Of a stretch of 64,000 nucleotides of DNA, positions 1 through 13,345 are shown piece after piece. The position numbers were made by a program, and so were the translations under genes. The notes under the pieces were generated by a model. That model was not told the origin of the DNA, did no database searches, and saw only the letters and a list, made by a program, of their open reading frames with translations. Numbering within the stretch: the stretch's first letter is position 1; the number at the start of each line of letters is the position of its first letter. This DNA is from Rhodosorus marinus CCMP1338 (taxonomy: Eukaryota; Plantae; Rhodophyta). The DNA is taken from contig JAMWBK010000004.1 of NCBI GenBank assembly GCA_029953675.1, positions 2,108,001 to 2,172,000 on the forward strand, in the 5' to 3' direction.

Positions 1-790
1 ATAAGGGAGATCATGCTGATTCCCACACGAGACTCCATTTTCATTGATTCGTCGTTGAGTGATGAGGGACTGACTCAAGTTGCTGAGCTGCGGAAGTTTG
101 TTTCATCTCCGAATGCGCCAGTCTTTTTGAGAGAACCCAATGTAAGTGATATTCTGCACGAATATGTTAGAAGAGTAGCTCTCGGACATTATCTTGTTGT
201 ACTGATAGATTTCGCCCTTTCTCTATACATATGCACAGAGCTCAACTTTGGTAACCTCCAATCTTCGACGAGCTATTGAGACTGGAAGTATAGCATTCCA
301 GAACCGCATAGGCAAATCTGATGAGCAGATGCGGCTCTTTTCGAGCCTTCAGGAGATGAGCCGTAACGTTGACGCGAGCGCTCTTGCTGAGGCTGGAAAG
401 ATCCCGGACTTGACTGTCGTCTTGGCAAACATAGATTCGAAAGCATTCGACCCAGTGAAGGTATACGATGCTACAGGCAACCACGGGAACAAATCCCTTA
501 AAAGCAACGGGTTGATCCGGATGAGGGAATTCTGTGATTGGAGTCTGCACAAGCAAACGGACAACATCATTGTCGTTGCTGGTGGCCATTCTCTGTGGTT
601 CAGAAATTTCTTCCGCGCGTACTTACCAGAGAGAATAGATTATATCGGAAAGAACAAGAAGATCGTCAACTGTGGAGTGGTCTCATTTGACTTGGTAGAA
701 GATGAAAGCGGTTGTGTAATGATAGACCCGAACTCTCTCAATGAACTGTACGGGGGTTATTCTGGTGTGCAGACCAAGAAGGGGGCTTAG
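1..790 (+). CDS. Histidine phosphatase / phosphoglycerate mutase-like protein, 3' part (5' end before the window)
   Basis: Spliced ORFs 13..279 and 248..790; C-terminal VVAGGHSLWFRNFF...KKIVNCGVVSFDL resembles the second catalytic-His region of the PGM superfamily. The RHG motif is not in the window. Confidence 0.5.
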
Positions 791-1213
791 CCATTTCAAT
801 TATTGATTGTCCTAGGACTGTTTCTAGTTCAAGGCCGGGAACTGAATCGTTAAATATGATCCGCGCTTCGATTTCGATACTGGTTTTCCTATCAGTTCAA
901 GTAGCTCCAGCACACCAAATGAGCATACACGAGTTGGAGATTTTGCGAACGGTTTCCTGCCAAGATCTCGCTTCACAGTGCTAAATCAAGCTTGTTTCAC
1001 AGTAAGAGTCCACTGAGCCGTATCGCGGGGTAAGCGACTGGCAAGCCGTCTGCGGTAACTGTCAACTTGCGGCAACGCTTGAGGATGCTTTCATAGTACC
1101 TCACGATTCAGCGATAGTTTGTATTTCCTTGGCAAGCCCCGGTAGTTGACATTTTGGTTTACTCTGGCCATTGGAGTTGAAACTATTCACATCTGCAAGC
1201 GGGAGAAAACCTT

Positions 1214-2659
1214 TTACAATTTCGCTACAGATCGTCCTGTGTAGTTCAGGTCCTTCGCGTTTATCAGAGAAGGCCCGGCTGGAGGGACGTCTTCAACACT
1301 TTCGCCAACAAAAGACAGAACGTTTGGTGATCCCCATGGCGGGAGGTCATTGATTACAGCCGCAACATTCATGGCCGCGAGCGCGCTCATTCCCCTTCTC
1401 GTCCAGACCGTAGCTGATGCAATATGAGGAACAACGACAACGTTTGGTAGATCTTTCAATCCTGGCTTCATGAGCGGTTCGTCCTCAAACACCTAATCGA
1501 ACCAGCACGCGCGAGTTAGCGTAGTGCTTCCAATGTATTTTCTAGGAGCTGACACCACGCTGAGACTTCACAGAGCACACTTACGTCCAATCCAGCGTAA
1601 AACTGTGGGTTTTCCCTGCAGTGTTCAACGAGCGCGACTTCGTCAACAACGGGTCCTCTCGCACAGTTAATCAACATGGCATCCTTCTTCATCATCTGCA
1701 GTCGCTCTGAATTCATGAGATGGAAAGTTGTCTTGTCCAAGTTGGGGTGCAGCGACAATACATCGGAGTCCCTGGAAAACGTGAGTACGCAAACTCATTT
1801 CAGAATGTGGGCCGAGGAAGAACAGGACTCGCCATGTAAAAGATCTCCTGCCTGAAGGCACCTTATGACTTCCTCCATGCTATCCGCGCGCCGCCATTCG
1901 ATAGTGGATTCTCCGGTATGGGATAGATATTCTCTATACGCCTCGAGTTTGGCTTCAAACTGCTTGTTCTGGTACTTGTCATAGTAAATGAGATTCATTT
2001 TGTTACCTCTTGCCAGCATCAACCCGACAGTAGAACCAATACGACCAGCGCCAATGATCCCCACGGTTTTGCCCGTAAGCAATTTGCCGAGGAAAAGATC
2101 TGGAAGCCAGATCTTGTACAAACCAGCCCTCATGAACTGGTCAGCCTCTACGACACGTCGAGCAGCTGCATACACTAATGAAACAGCCATTTCTGCTGTT
2201 GCTTCAGTGAGCACGCCCGGCGTATTTCCCACCACAATACCGTTCTTCGTTGCTGCAGGGACGTCGACGTTGTCATACCCAACAGCGACGTTTGAGAACA
2301 CCTTACCCTGAAAAATGCAACCAAGACGGTTCAGAACCCCTATGAAACGGTCAGAACAAATCTAAAGCTAGTCGTAGAATACCTACCCCTGCTCTCTTCA
2401 GCACGTTAAACAAGGAGTCGTCCCATTTCTCAGTCAGCTGCCCGAGGACTCCATCGCATTTGCTTCCGATTGCTCCCACGATCTCTTCATTCGACAACAC
2501 CCCTCGATCAGTACATACCTCAACCCTGCACTCATACTTCTGCAAAATCTCAAGCCATAGATTGCCCACGAGGTTCTTCGTCGATATCACACGATACTTG
2601 CCCTGAGGGTTATGAATCACCCATCGTTCATCTGAGTTCCGGACCATCTCAACTGACAT
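1214..2659 (-). CDS. HPR: Peroxisomal hydroxypyruvate reductase (glycerate dehydrogenase), multi-exon
   Basis: Exons match plant HPR1: NPQGKYRVISTK, CDGVLGQLTE, GNTPGVLTEATAE, GAGRIG, SLHPNLDKTTFHL, NCARGPVVDE, PHIASA. Ends in the PTS1 tripeptide AKL. Confidence 0.95.
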
Positions 2660-3789
2660 TGTCAAACACAAAATAAAACACCAGCTCCTAGATTTCACCT
2701 CCTACAGAAATTTCATACATAACACCAGATGCTCTAACTATTCCACAGACACTCAACCCTCGTCCAGCTCCCCACTCTGACTCGCGACCACAAGACGCTA
2801 TATCCTCTCTCCATAAACCGAACAGCCACCACGGCTCTCAATCCCTCCAAAAGAACCTCAAAACTGCTTAACATAATTTACCTATTAAATAATTTACTAG
2901 ATTCATATATTTCCTCTCAACCAATGCAGTGCTCTATTGCAATGGAGAACGATCATGAAAATTAGAAACTAATTAAAAATATCTCCTGTTCATCCCGTTT
3001 TTTGAATTGTTTGGATGGATGCTGACTATTCAATTAAGTTTTATCCAAATTTTATCGAGCTTGATCATCTTGTTTTCATTCTCTTCCAGCCCCTACAGAA
3101 ATAAAAAAAAAGAAATAGGTTCGAAATATTGATATTTCTTAATTTTGGAGACTATTAAAGGAACTGTCATACAGGGGGGTAAGGGGCGGCGTAAAATTTC
3201 TCGTGATGGAGGAGAGATGTTCGGAACAGGCTGTCCTGGAAAAGTTGATTGAACCCTAGCCTTGTCGATTTTGGCTGATGGGGTTTTGGGTGGGGTTACG
3301 TTAGTCTGGGGAGGCTTTCGGGTCCGGAGGGTGAACTTTTGAATTGTTGCTGGTGATCGCTTTCTGGCGATGATCTAACATTTTTTCGTTCTCACATGGC
3401 TATCAGAAGAGAAAATGATCGTGGTGGGAAAGAGACTATCTACTATACGCGTCATCCAACTAAGAGTTATGCTTCTATGCCTTCGGCGGGATCTTGAGCA
3501 CCGCATCTTTTCTTGGATGGTGTTTTGACCTTGTCGGCGACATATCCACTAGAAGTTTATGAAAACTATACTGAAATCAACGTAGACACCATGCTGCGAC
3601 CCACGCGCTGGTAAAGTCTGCCCGCGTTCTGCTCCAGCGAGGGGCACGCGCTGTTGAACACCCTTCCCTTCCCTTTGGTGTGACATGAAAAAATGGCGGG
3701 AATTGGAAGATGCATTGAAGGGTCGGATATGGGGACTCATTGGTGGGTTGTTCTTGTCGTGGTAGACGAGTTTCCTGAGAACGGACAAA

Positions 3790-4425
3790 ATGAGCTCATC
3801 GATCTGGACTGCGTTGGTGGAACCTTCACCTGATGGAAGTATTGTAAGGTGTCGACAGGCGGGATCTCCCCCTGTCGCCTTCAGCATTGCCGGTGAGATA
3901 CTGAACAAGAATCACATCGTCTAGCGAACGCTCGCGGCGCACCAACTCAGGCCCTTTCTCATTCGATATCTCTTCGCAGAGTCACCAGAGACCCAGAGCG
4001 AGGAGATCGTTGCACACGCAGAGAAAAGCGTAGTGAGGGTCATTGGTGAGCAGCTCACGGTTGGCAGTTTGCTGGGCTTCGCAACTGGCTTCAGTATCAA
4101 GAAGATCGGGAAAATGCTCCTTTTTGTTTTGGGATCCGAAGTAAGTTTGCGGAGAGCTTGTTTTATCCGCTTTTGAATGACTACGTTGCTGCGTTTGTTC
4201 AGTTCTAAGAGTGGCAACCCCCTCACTTAATAGGTCATATTTCTCCAGTACTGCTCGTACCGGAACTGGGTGGACGTTCACTGGCAGAAGATCGCAGACG
4301 ATGTTTCCCCCGCTCTGGAGCGGAAGCGCCTAGTAGGCTTGCTAAATGCTCTGGCCTCAAGGATGCCCTTCGCGACTTCGTTTACAGCAGGTGTTTATGC
4401 TGGCATTAAATACACCGGCAGCTGA
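3790..4425 (+). CDS. FUN14-domain membrane protein (start codon uncertain)
   Basis: Hand-spliced exons give QLTVGSLLGFATGFSIKKIGKMLLFVLG / FLQYCSYRNWVDVHW / FATSFTAGVYAG, the FUN14 pattern. GT-AG introns at about 3892-3979 and 4141-4231. Missed by the ORF track. Confidence 0.8.
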
Positions 4426-4766
4426 GTCTGACCGTCGGATCTCAAAATTGTGTTACTAAAATACCGAAGACCAAGGTCTGCCCCCGTTTTGCTTCCCTCT
4501 TGCACCTCCAAAATGAACATTCGCCGCTCTACTTGGCCAAGAAAAAGTTTTCGCGAAACAGAAAGCCTGTGGCACAAGCTCTGTGCTTTGAAGACGTCGT
4601 CTTCTCGGAACGCCTGTAAAAGCTCGTCTCCAATCTTGGCCTTGCTTGGGAGAGGAATCTTGTTTGCTATGAAGTCGCCCAGCTCTTGGAACTGTTCTGA
4701 AACAGTAGTAGTGCCGTCATGACTTTGTGAATAGTTGTCTCGGTTTTCTTTGATGTTTTCAACACC

Positions 4767-6162
4767 ATGAACAAGTACGAGCTGACAAAGATTCTTGGCA
4801 AGGGTTCCTACGGGAGAGTTTGGGAGGCGACGAACGTTCAGGATGGGACAAAAGTACAAGGAACTTAGTTGTGGCTGTTTCGGTCTTTTCCGCTTAAGAA
4901 TTGCTCAGAAACCTCTCGATTGTTCACTCGTCGCTTCGAGGTTGCAATCAAGGAACTTCATGACCAAGTTAGCTCATGGGAGGAGTCCCTTAAGCTACCA
5001 GAGGTTCAAGTGAGTTTCTCGCCGCTCACGATCGGCTGTAGACGGTAGCTTCTAAGCTTCTTTCCCGGAAAGCTCCTGAGAAAGCTAGATCCGCACCCGA
5101 ACGTGCTCTCGATGCTCGACTTGGTTTGGGAAAAAGGCAAGGTTTTCATGGTCTTCGAGTACATGGAAAGCACTCTTTGTGACCTTCTCCAACAAAAGGC
5201 TAAACTAGAAGAGGCCCAAGTCAAGCATGTAGCCTCTCATATCTTGGCTGGGCTTCACCACATCCACAAGCACGGCTACGTGCATCGAGACTTGAAACCG
5301 GAAAACATTCTCGTTCGAGGACACGAAATCAAGCTCGGCGACTTCGGATTGGCTCGCAATATACACCGCTCGGAGCAATGGACAAACTATGTCTCCACGC
5401 GCTGGTACCGGTCGCCCGAATTGATTTTGCGGTTTCCTCGTTATGGGCAGGCAGTCGATATATGGGCAGCCGCTGCTGTTTTCGCAGAACTCGCGGAAGG
5501 CCTCCCACTATTTCCTGGTAGGCGGATCTCAGAAATGCGCGTCATAGCGGGAGAGGATTCTGACAAGTACCGCTGGTTCAGGTGAGAACGAGATTGATCA
5601 GCTGCGGCGGGAGGTCTCGGTATGCGGCTACCCATCTCGAACACTATGGCCAGAGGGACACGAATGCATGAATAAGCTAGGCTTCCGATTCATGAACAAG
5701 GACAGACAACCTCTAGGCTCGTTGCTGCCAAGCTGCAGTCGGGATCTGAGGAACCTTATAGCAAGCATGCTCGCAATCGATCCATCGAAGCGTCCATCTG
5801 TCGCAGAAGCTATGAGTCATGAGTTCTTCCGATTAGAGCGGACTACTCCTGCACCGCCGAAGTATCCAATGAGAAATTCACATGATGATCGAGGCGAACG
5901 GCATGAGAACACGAGACTATTTCGAGAAGGTCCCGAAAAATCAAGCTTTACCTACATAACTGGTGGAATCCTCCAGGGTCACGAAGGACTAGTAGGGTAC
6001 AGAAGAAGCCATCGCCATCCCGCGAAGAGAGGCCAACAGATTTCAGCTACCACAAGCTTGTACCACAGGGCTTCTGATCGATCAGGAACACCTCTATTGC
6101 GACAATCTCGTGCGGGAGGCAGCCCAATTGCACGGGTATGCGCTCCAAGGCCCGGCGTGTAA
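4767..6162 (+). CDS. CMGC Ser/Thr kinase, MAK/ICK/MOK (RCK) family
   Basis: GKGSYG, VAIK, HRDLKPEN, DFG and TNYVSTRWYRSPE across spliced exons. The 3' end is taken from ORF 5668..6162. Confidence 0.9.
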
Positions 6163-6711
6163 CTATTCACAGAGTATTTGAAGCCCGTCTGAAGCCATGT
6201 GACACCCTTTCCGTAATAAGGTTCGACATAATAACCCAGATAGTACGACAATGGACAGCTTTGGATTGCTCGGAATCAGAATCGGTGCTGGAGTTTCTCG
6301 AGGCCCAAGGGAGCCACCTGCTGGTTACTTTGACCTCTCCTAGTGGAAGAGCGTAGAGCCTGCTCCTAAACTGAGGACTATGCTTCTTGGTGCACCAACC
6401 ACAGCCGAGGAATACCTACCCTGCGCTGAGATTCGTTTCAAAACGGACGAATGGGAGATGAACAATCTCATATCCGATTACAGCCGAGATGGGGCTGGCC
6501 CGGCTTGTTGAAGAGGAGATTCAAACGCGGTCTCTCCTGACCTTGACCATGCGAAGAGCGTGCCTGTTCGAAGTCGTTTGTTCTGATTGCTAACTTCCGT
6601 TGGTACTATTCTCCTGATCACCAGTCTTTTGGATCTGACAAGGCCAAACATCTCAGTCGTCAACGTCTCCAACCCTAAAATCAACGAACCCTTAATACCC
6701 TTTCCCGCCAT
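5979..6711 (-). other. Possible orphan minus-strand gene overlapping the kinase 3' end
   Basis: ATG ORF 6478..6711 starts right after a C/A-rich promoter-type flank; Tyr/Gly/Trp-rich ORF 5979..6251. No family recognised and splicing is unresolved. Confidence 0.2.
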
Positions 6712-7663
6712 TTATCCAACCAATCGAAACTTCATATCCAAATCTAGATAGTATCACCTTAAATTAAACCCCACATGCAATAAAAAATTTCCAGTCCAGC
6801 AAAACTATCCGTAAATAATTTCATATAAACAAAAATAAGGTCCAAGGCCACACAAGCACACGACCAAACATTGACCATAATCAGCATGATTTTTCCCACA
6901 AATAGGACAGACTGTCACCAACCCTTCGTTAATTTTTTAGTTCTTTTTTCGATATAAGATTGTTCAGGACTTGATTGTATATTTGGTTCTAATATTTATC
7001 CTCCACGGTAGAAGCACCATATAAGAGGGGGGGGAGAATGGATTTCAGTATATACTACTTTGACGTGAAATGGTCATAAGTTTATTGTTACATATTGACT
7101 TCTAAAATATTTGGAGAAAGTATAAGAGGGGATATTGGGTTGCTGAAAATTGTAATTGTTGATGGAGAGATGAGAGGAGTCGTGTTGGAAGCTTTCAGCC
7201 CGTGGGGGGGAGGGGGTGGGATGGGTAAAGGATTACTTAGGTGTGAGAGGTTTTGATAATCTGAAGCTTTCTAGGTGGCTTTGCTTATGCTAAGAAGGGC
7301 GTACTGCTTCCTCTCATTTGATTGTTAATTTTCACATCTGGGGATTCGTTAGGAAGCGAACATTTTGTGTGTTCGTTTGGAAATCTGGGGGCTGGTGGGG
7401 TTGAAAAGTTGTTTTCTCTGGAATTGGGAATGGTGATCGTTGGGCTTGATGCGGATTGATCTCCGCAGATGTGTTAGTGCTGTTCGTTTTTGTCGTAGAG
7501 GGGAAGCGGCTTGGTGAGAATTTTGATTGCTTGGTTGTGGCTTGCGAGCTTTGTGGCGAATTGACTGGGAGCGTAAGCCGTGCTGCACATGCTTTTGGAG
7601 TGGCGATTGATGCTCCAGGTTTTCGGTCTTAAGAGGTAGTCCAGGACCCCGTTGTAAATTGAG

Positions 7664-10600
7664 ATGGCAGCAACAACGAAGAGAAAAGTCTCCTACTACT
7701 ATGATGGTGAGAAAGGTCGCATGGCGCGCAAAACAACTCCTCGTGCCGCTACACCAAGTTTTTAATCTCGCTGGCTTTTTGATCTGTCCGTGAGCGTCTA
7801 CCCATTGAGTGCGATGTCATCCTTTTTGCGTTTTGAAACACAGGGGAGGTCGGCAACTTCTACTACGCACAAGGACATCCGATGAAACCTCATCGAGTCC
7901 GAATGACCCATGAACTTATTGTTGCGTACGGAATGTTTAACCGGATGGAAGTACTGGTCAGTTCGCTACTTGAACATTGGCAGATAACTCGTTGATGGCA
8001 TTCTCGGGATAGGGCATGTTCTCAATCCTTGTTCTGTGTGTTTTCACCCTTCAAAGACTCCACCCCGAGCTGTTGAACGAGAGCTAACAAGGTTTCACGC
8101 AGACGAGTATATTAACTTTCTCAAAACGATAACTCCCGAAACAGCGCGTGAGAATCAGAACACCTTGCAAAGATGTAAGGCAGATCATCGCCCCCGCAAA
8201 GTTCTCTGTCAGGCGATCGCGAAATCGTCTCCGCTCAACGCTTCTTCCTTCCGATTCCCTGTTCATTGCAGTTAATGTGGTTGAGGACTGCCCAGTTTTC
8301 GATGGCTTATGGGACTTTTGCCAGATTGCTGGAGGTGGATCGCTAGCTGGTGCATCACGTCTGAATTCGGGGTTCGCTGATATTGCGGTCAACTGGGCAG
8401 GTACGCCGATTTGACAAGATCCTATCATGGGCGCCAACAATTTCTCAAACGCAACTATCAATTCAACCGTCTCCATAGGGGGACTTCATCACGCGAAAAA
8501 AGCGGAGGCCTCCGGTTTCTGCTACATCAATGATTGTGTTCTGGGCATTCTGGAGCTTCTGAAAGTTCATGCTAGAGTCCTGTGAGTTGTTGCCGGAAGC
8601 TCCTTTCAAAATCCCAGCAACTGCTGATTCTTCCACGTTTCTCGCGTCGTTCTTTTAAGATACGTGGACATTGACATTCATCACGGAGATGGCGTTGAGG
8701 AGGCCTTCTACACCACAGACAGAGTGATGACGGTCTCTTTCCACAAGTTTGGAGACTATTTCCCGGGAACTGGCGACGTCGGAGACTTCGGAAACGGTCA
8801 GGGGTTGCATTACTCAGTTAACTTCCCGCTTCAAGACGGGATTGACGATGAAAGCTACAGAGAAGTGTTCGAACCGATCATGACGAAAGTGATGGTAGGG
8901 CAACTGCTCTCCCGCTTCTCGGGGAAGGAGCCCTACTTGTTCCAGTGAGCACGAGTAGCGCGAACGAGAGTCTGAGCTCTGAAGAATAGCATGGTTTCAC
9001 AATCAATAGGAATGGTATCGACCTGGTGCAGTAGTTCTCCAATGTGGCGCGGATTCGCTCAGTGGAGATCGGCTTGGGTCTTTTAATTTATCACTTCGAG
9101 GTCACTCCCAGTGTGTTGACTTTTTCAAGCGATACGATGTTCCACTTCTTCTCCTTGGTGGAGGAGGATATACGATTCGGAACGTCGCCCGCTGCTGGGC
9201 TTTTGAAACGTCGAGGGCAATTAACATGGAACTGTCCGACGACCTCCCGTATAACAAATATGTTGAGTTTTATGGCCCTGAGTTTCGACTTCATTTGACT
9301 CCGTCCAACATGGAGAATCTGAACTCACGGGAGTACTTGGAGAACGTCAAAGCCAAAGTGCTTGAGGTATGAGTGCCCCAAACGCTATGGTGAGATGATC
9401 GCTCTCGCCTGATGACTGGCAATGCATGTGTATAGAGCCTTCGCCATCTTCCTGCAGCTCCGAGTGTACAATTTCATAACGCGCCAAACCCGATGAACGT
9501 AGTTGACCCTGACTCGGTAAGGAGTAATGGGCAAAACTGCTGATCTCGAGTGGTTTGCGGTTTTCGCTGCGTACGATTGCTCCTGGAAGCTAATGGACGT
9601 TTTGTCGCTGCAGGCTAAGGGAGTGGAAGTGAACGCCACCCCTAAATCGAAAGACCCGTACTTTGATTCCGACGCTGAGGACGATGAAGACGAGGAGTAT
9701 TCGAATGCGTTATCACATGCCAAGTACGACAAGGCCTCCTCAATTCGGATTTGATTGCGACCACTGCTCACCTGGATTTTTTTGCCTTGTCCACGTAGGC
9801 GACGGAGCTTGCTCACGCGTGATGTGCCAAGCTCTCCTCCGAACGGGAAGGCACCGCCCCCCCCTCCTGAAATAAGACCACCCCCACAACCAGAGGAGGT
9901 AACGTAGCATGGCATGATTTAGGCACTAACTTTCTCCTTCTGACATTGCCATCAATTTCAATCTACTTTCAACATGGAATCCCAAGCGCCCTGTGGAAAC
10001 CGCTGCGATGGAGACTGGACCGGATGCGTTATCGGGTGTTTCCAACGGAATATCTTCGGCTGCTACTCCAGCGCCAGCATCAGAAACGAAAGCTGATGGT
10101 CTGGAGGAGGAGCAACCCGCACAAGAGAAGGTGAGCTTCGGTCCTATCGATGCGTGTTGGTTGTCGGAAAAACTGAGAGGATGCGGTTGGAACAGGTGCC
10201 TATGGAAATGGACGAAGCGCCTGTAGAGGAGCCAGCAGCTCCTCCAGTAGCTCCTCCGGCAGCTCCGAATGTGCAAGCAAAGGAAGACGAAGACATGGTG
10301 GCGACAGCTGAACCAGGAATTTCGGAAGATGACAACGGAAAAGGAGGCGAAAATGAAAATCAGAAAGTGGCACAGGATGAATCGAAGACGGTAGGCAGTG
10401 AGATTAAAGCCGATGAACCATCTCCGTTGATTCTCAAGAAGGAATCGGAAGCGGTTGAAGAATCGACAGCGAAGGAGCCTGACGGAGAACCAGCGGACGC
10501 AATGGATGTTGAGCCATCAGTGAAGAACGAACTAGTTGAGCAGCCAGAGCGCATACCCACCAGCACATCGGACCTGCCCGAGAGCCCTGTCCCTCCAGTG

Positions 10601-11554
10601 AAATCGACAGAAGTTCCTGTAAAAACTGAAGATAATGCGGTCACGGAACCAGTGGCCATGGATACAGAGCCTCAGAGCAAGGGAGAGGAAGCCCCTGCAA
10701 GTACTGACCTTGATACAGTAGAAACCGACGGATCCCGGACCGGTACAGCCAAGGAAAGTAGCCAGGAAGTTCCCCCTCCAGAAGTGCCGCCTCCATCGGA
10801 GACGCCTCAGCCGTCCGAGGAGCCAGCTGAGATGGATATCAAGGAGGAGAGCGCTGCTGAAAGTGCGTCGAACGGAGGCGTTCCCGAGGATGCTTTTGAA
10901 GCGGCAGTTGAACGGGCGGAACCAAGCGGCTCTGCCTCTAGTGGAGCTGAGGAGGTAGAGCCTAAGGCCACCGAAGCAGTTGCAACCCAGGACGGTTACT
11001 TTGGGCCATCAATTTCGGTACCCGAGGCCGCGGAAGCCAAGAAAGAACCAGATACAGAGAACGCTGCAGGTGCACCGGACCCGCCAAGCGCACCAATGGA
11101 TGTTGATTCAAACGAAAGGCCGGACGAGGCTGCCGAGGGGAAGGAAACTGAAGACGTCGCAGAGGCTCTTTCGGCGATGGACAGCAAGGATCACGAACCA
11201 GAGGTTGAAGAGAAAGCTGAGAAAGAGGAGGTCGCGGATGTGAAGCCAATGGAAGCAAGTCCACCAGCGGCAGAATCAACAGAATCTCTGAAGAAAGCTG
11301 AGCCTCTAGGCGAGGCAGCGGATGTACCGAAAGCCGATGAAGGAAAGTCGGAAATTCAAAAGCGCGAGGATGCCAAGGATAACAATGATCCTAAGCACGA
11401 GAAATCGGTTGGAGGCAGTGGGGAGGACCCATTAAAGTCTTCATCCGACGGTTCTGTTGAGGCTGAACGCAAACCAGACGACGGCCTACAAACACACGAC
11501 ACTAAAGCGCCTGACCCGGTTGCTTCGGAGGTACCAGAGCAGAAAGACGGATAG
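7664..11554 (+). CDS. RPD3: Class I histone deacetylase (RPD3/HDAC1-like) with >500-aa acidic disordered tail
   Basis: Motifs [57 protein letters not shown] and [14 protein letters not shown]. Downstream exons splice in frame into ORF 10154..11554 (last exon from 10196). Confidence 0.93.
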
Positions 11555-13213
11555 GTCGAGCACCGCGATGGGGTGTACTGTATCTTTGTATTTCTATGGA
11601 GAAGATGATCTCTTCATTTTTGACTCTGGCGGCACTTTTTGCTCACCCTCATTGGAGGACAGTTCAACCCCCAATCCAGTTTGAAGACGATGAACACTTC
11701 AGACCCGTATCTGAATGTTCCATTTAAGTATGTACACGTGTCTATAAACTCAATTCTACCGAATAACACGCACAAACTTCACTATTGTTCAAGATCAACT
11801 ACCCTTTCTCCATCCATCTGAGAAGAAAACACCCATTACACGGTGTGTGAACAAGACAACATCCTTAACCTTCAGAATATGTGTTCCCAGTGCGGACACA
11901 CGATCAACGTGATTTAGTGGAAAAGGCTCCTTCCCTTAGTGAGACGTTCATTGGATATCAACAACCGAGAATAAACGTCAATTTATAAACCCTAGTTAAA
12001 AGCTGTGGATGACACTTGTTCAAGAATTTCAAGTTTTTGTAATTTTATGGCTACTATAAAGTTCCGCCCTTTTTTTAACTTAATCTAAAAACCTAGGGAA
12101 CTTCGTTGACGAGGGGAAACCGTTTATTTTTCTTTCTTATTTCAGGAAAGGAGAAAAGAGCACAGAAACACTCTCTTTAAAACGTCCGTTATACTAAACT
12201 AAAATAGAGTGATTGAGGTTGGGGTTAGAAAACTCTTCTATAGATTCGGAAAGGACGAAAAAATATATATGCAAACGATGAAAACTAATCTTTCTGCTAT
12301 CAAATGTGGATCTGAAATGAAATCTGGAAATGCAATCGAAATCCGTTTCCCCCCGTATTTTTTAAAACGAATACTTCTACCAGATTGAATTAAATTTGAA
12401 AAAAGGGATTTAATTTTGTTTGCTTGTGGAGGGCTGGAGAGGGGGGGAGGGGGGAGAGTGGGTTAGTGGGTTAGATTGGTAATCTATTTTTTTTTGTGGT
12501 CGTACGGCCATCTTGGAGTGGTTTCATTTTGTGTTTGGATGCAATCTATTTGGTATAAGTTCCTTAGCTATGGACCAATCAATGAGCTAATTGCACTCCT
12601 GAAAGTGTTTGTTTTAGCTTTGACGTAGCGGTGGATGTCGTATTGTTTTCTAATATATGGTTCTTGTATTCTTGGGTGTGTCCAAATTATGGGGATAGAA
12701 CGTGAAATAGGGAAATTGAATCATGATTCGAGCAGGCAGGCCACAGGCAGTAAGACCCATACAGGGGGTATCTAGTTCTGGACATGATGACGGTGCCGAG
12801 GGATTGAGTCCGGAACTTGCGCACTATATGGAAAAAAGAGAACCAGCTTGGTTATCTCCACCCCTGGAACCGGTGATGATAGTTTTCAGCTCAGACATCT
12901 TGTGGGGGATGCTACGCAGAAGAGACAACAATCATATAACTCAGAGACAACAGAAGCATTAATGCTTGCGTCAGAATAATCGACTTCTCTAAAGCGCGTA
13001 TCCTGCCGCAACAAGTTTATGACTGGGCAAAGAACTGCCTACTCATCGATTCCGGTTCTGCACACACCAATGGTCCACCCCCTAGAGGGAACAAAAATCC
13101 TGTGCGGATAGGTGCTACGGAGAGAAGGAAAAGAATCATGCACAAACGGCCAATAACGGCGTCCTTACTCAGGAGGCACCTTAAGCTTGGAGAACTGAGC
13201 CACCACATACTGC

Positions 13214-13345
13214 GGAGGCTGTTCTTTGCAAGGCGCGAGCTCTTAGGTGCGGTACAGGTACTGCCCCGTGGTCGACATAGGGAGGCTGTTCTCTAAGGCG
13301 CGAGCTCTTAGGTGTGGTACGGGTACTGCCCCGTGGTCGACATAG
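13214..13345. repeat. Two-copy tandem duplication, units of about 67 and 65 bp
   Basis: ggaggctgttct...gcgcgagctcttaggtg(c/t)ggtac(a/g)ggtactgccccgtggtcgacatag occurs at 13214-13280 and 13281-13345. Confidence 0.95.

Noticed and set aside
3549-3908. 119-aa minus ORF and similar antisense ORFs across genes (e.g. 4395..4859, 9385..9915, 18342..19145, 24872..25564, 62200..62937)
   Set aside because: They are shadow frames opposite well-supported genes or low-complexity coding DNA, with no motifs of their own.
13214-13345. Repeats here and at 22741-22844 considered as CRISPR-like arrays
   Set aside because: Only two abutting copies, no unique spacers, no cas genes, and a eukaryotic context.
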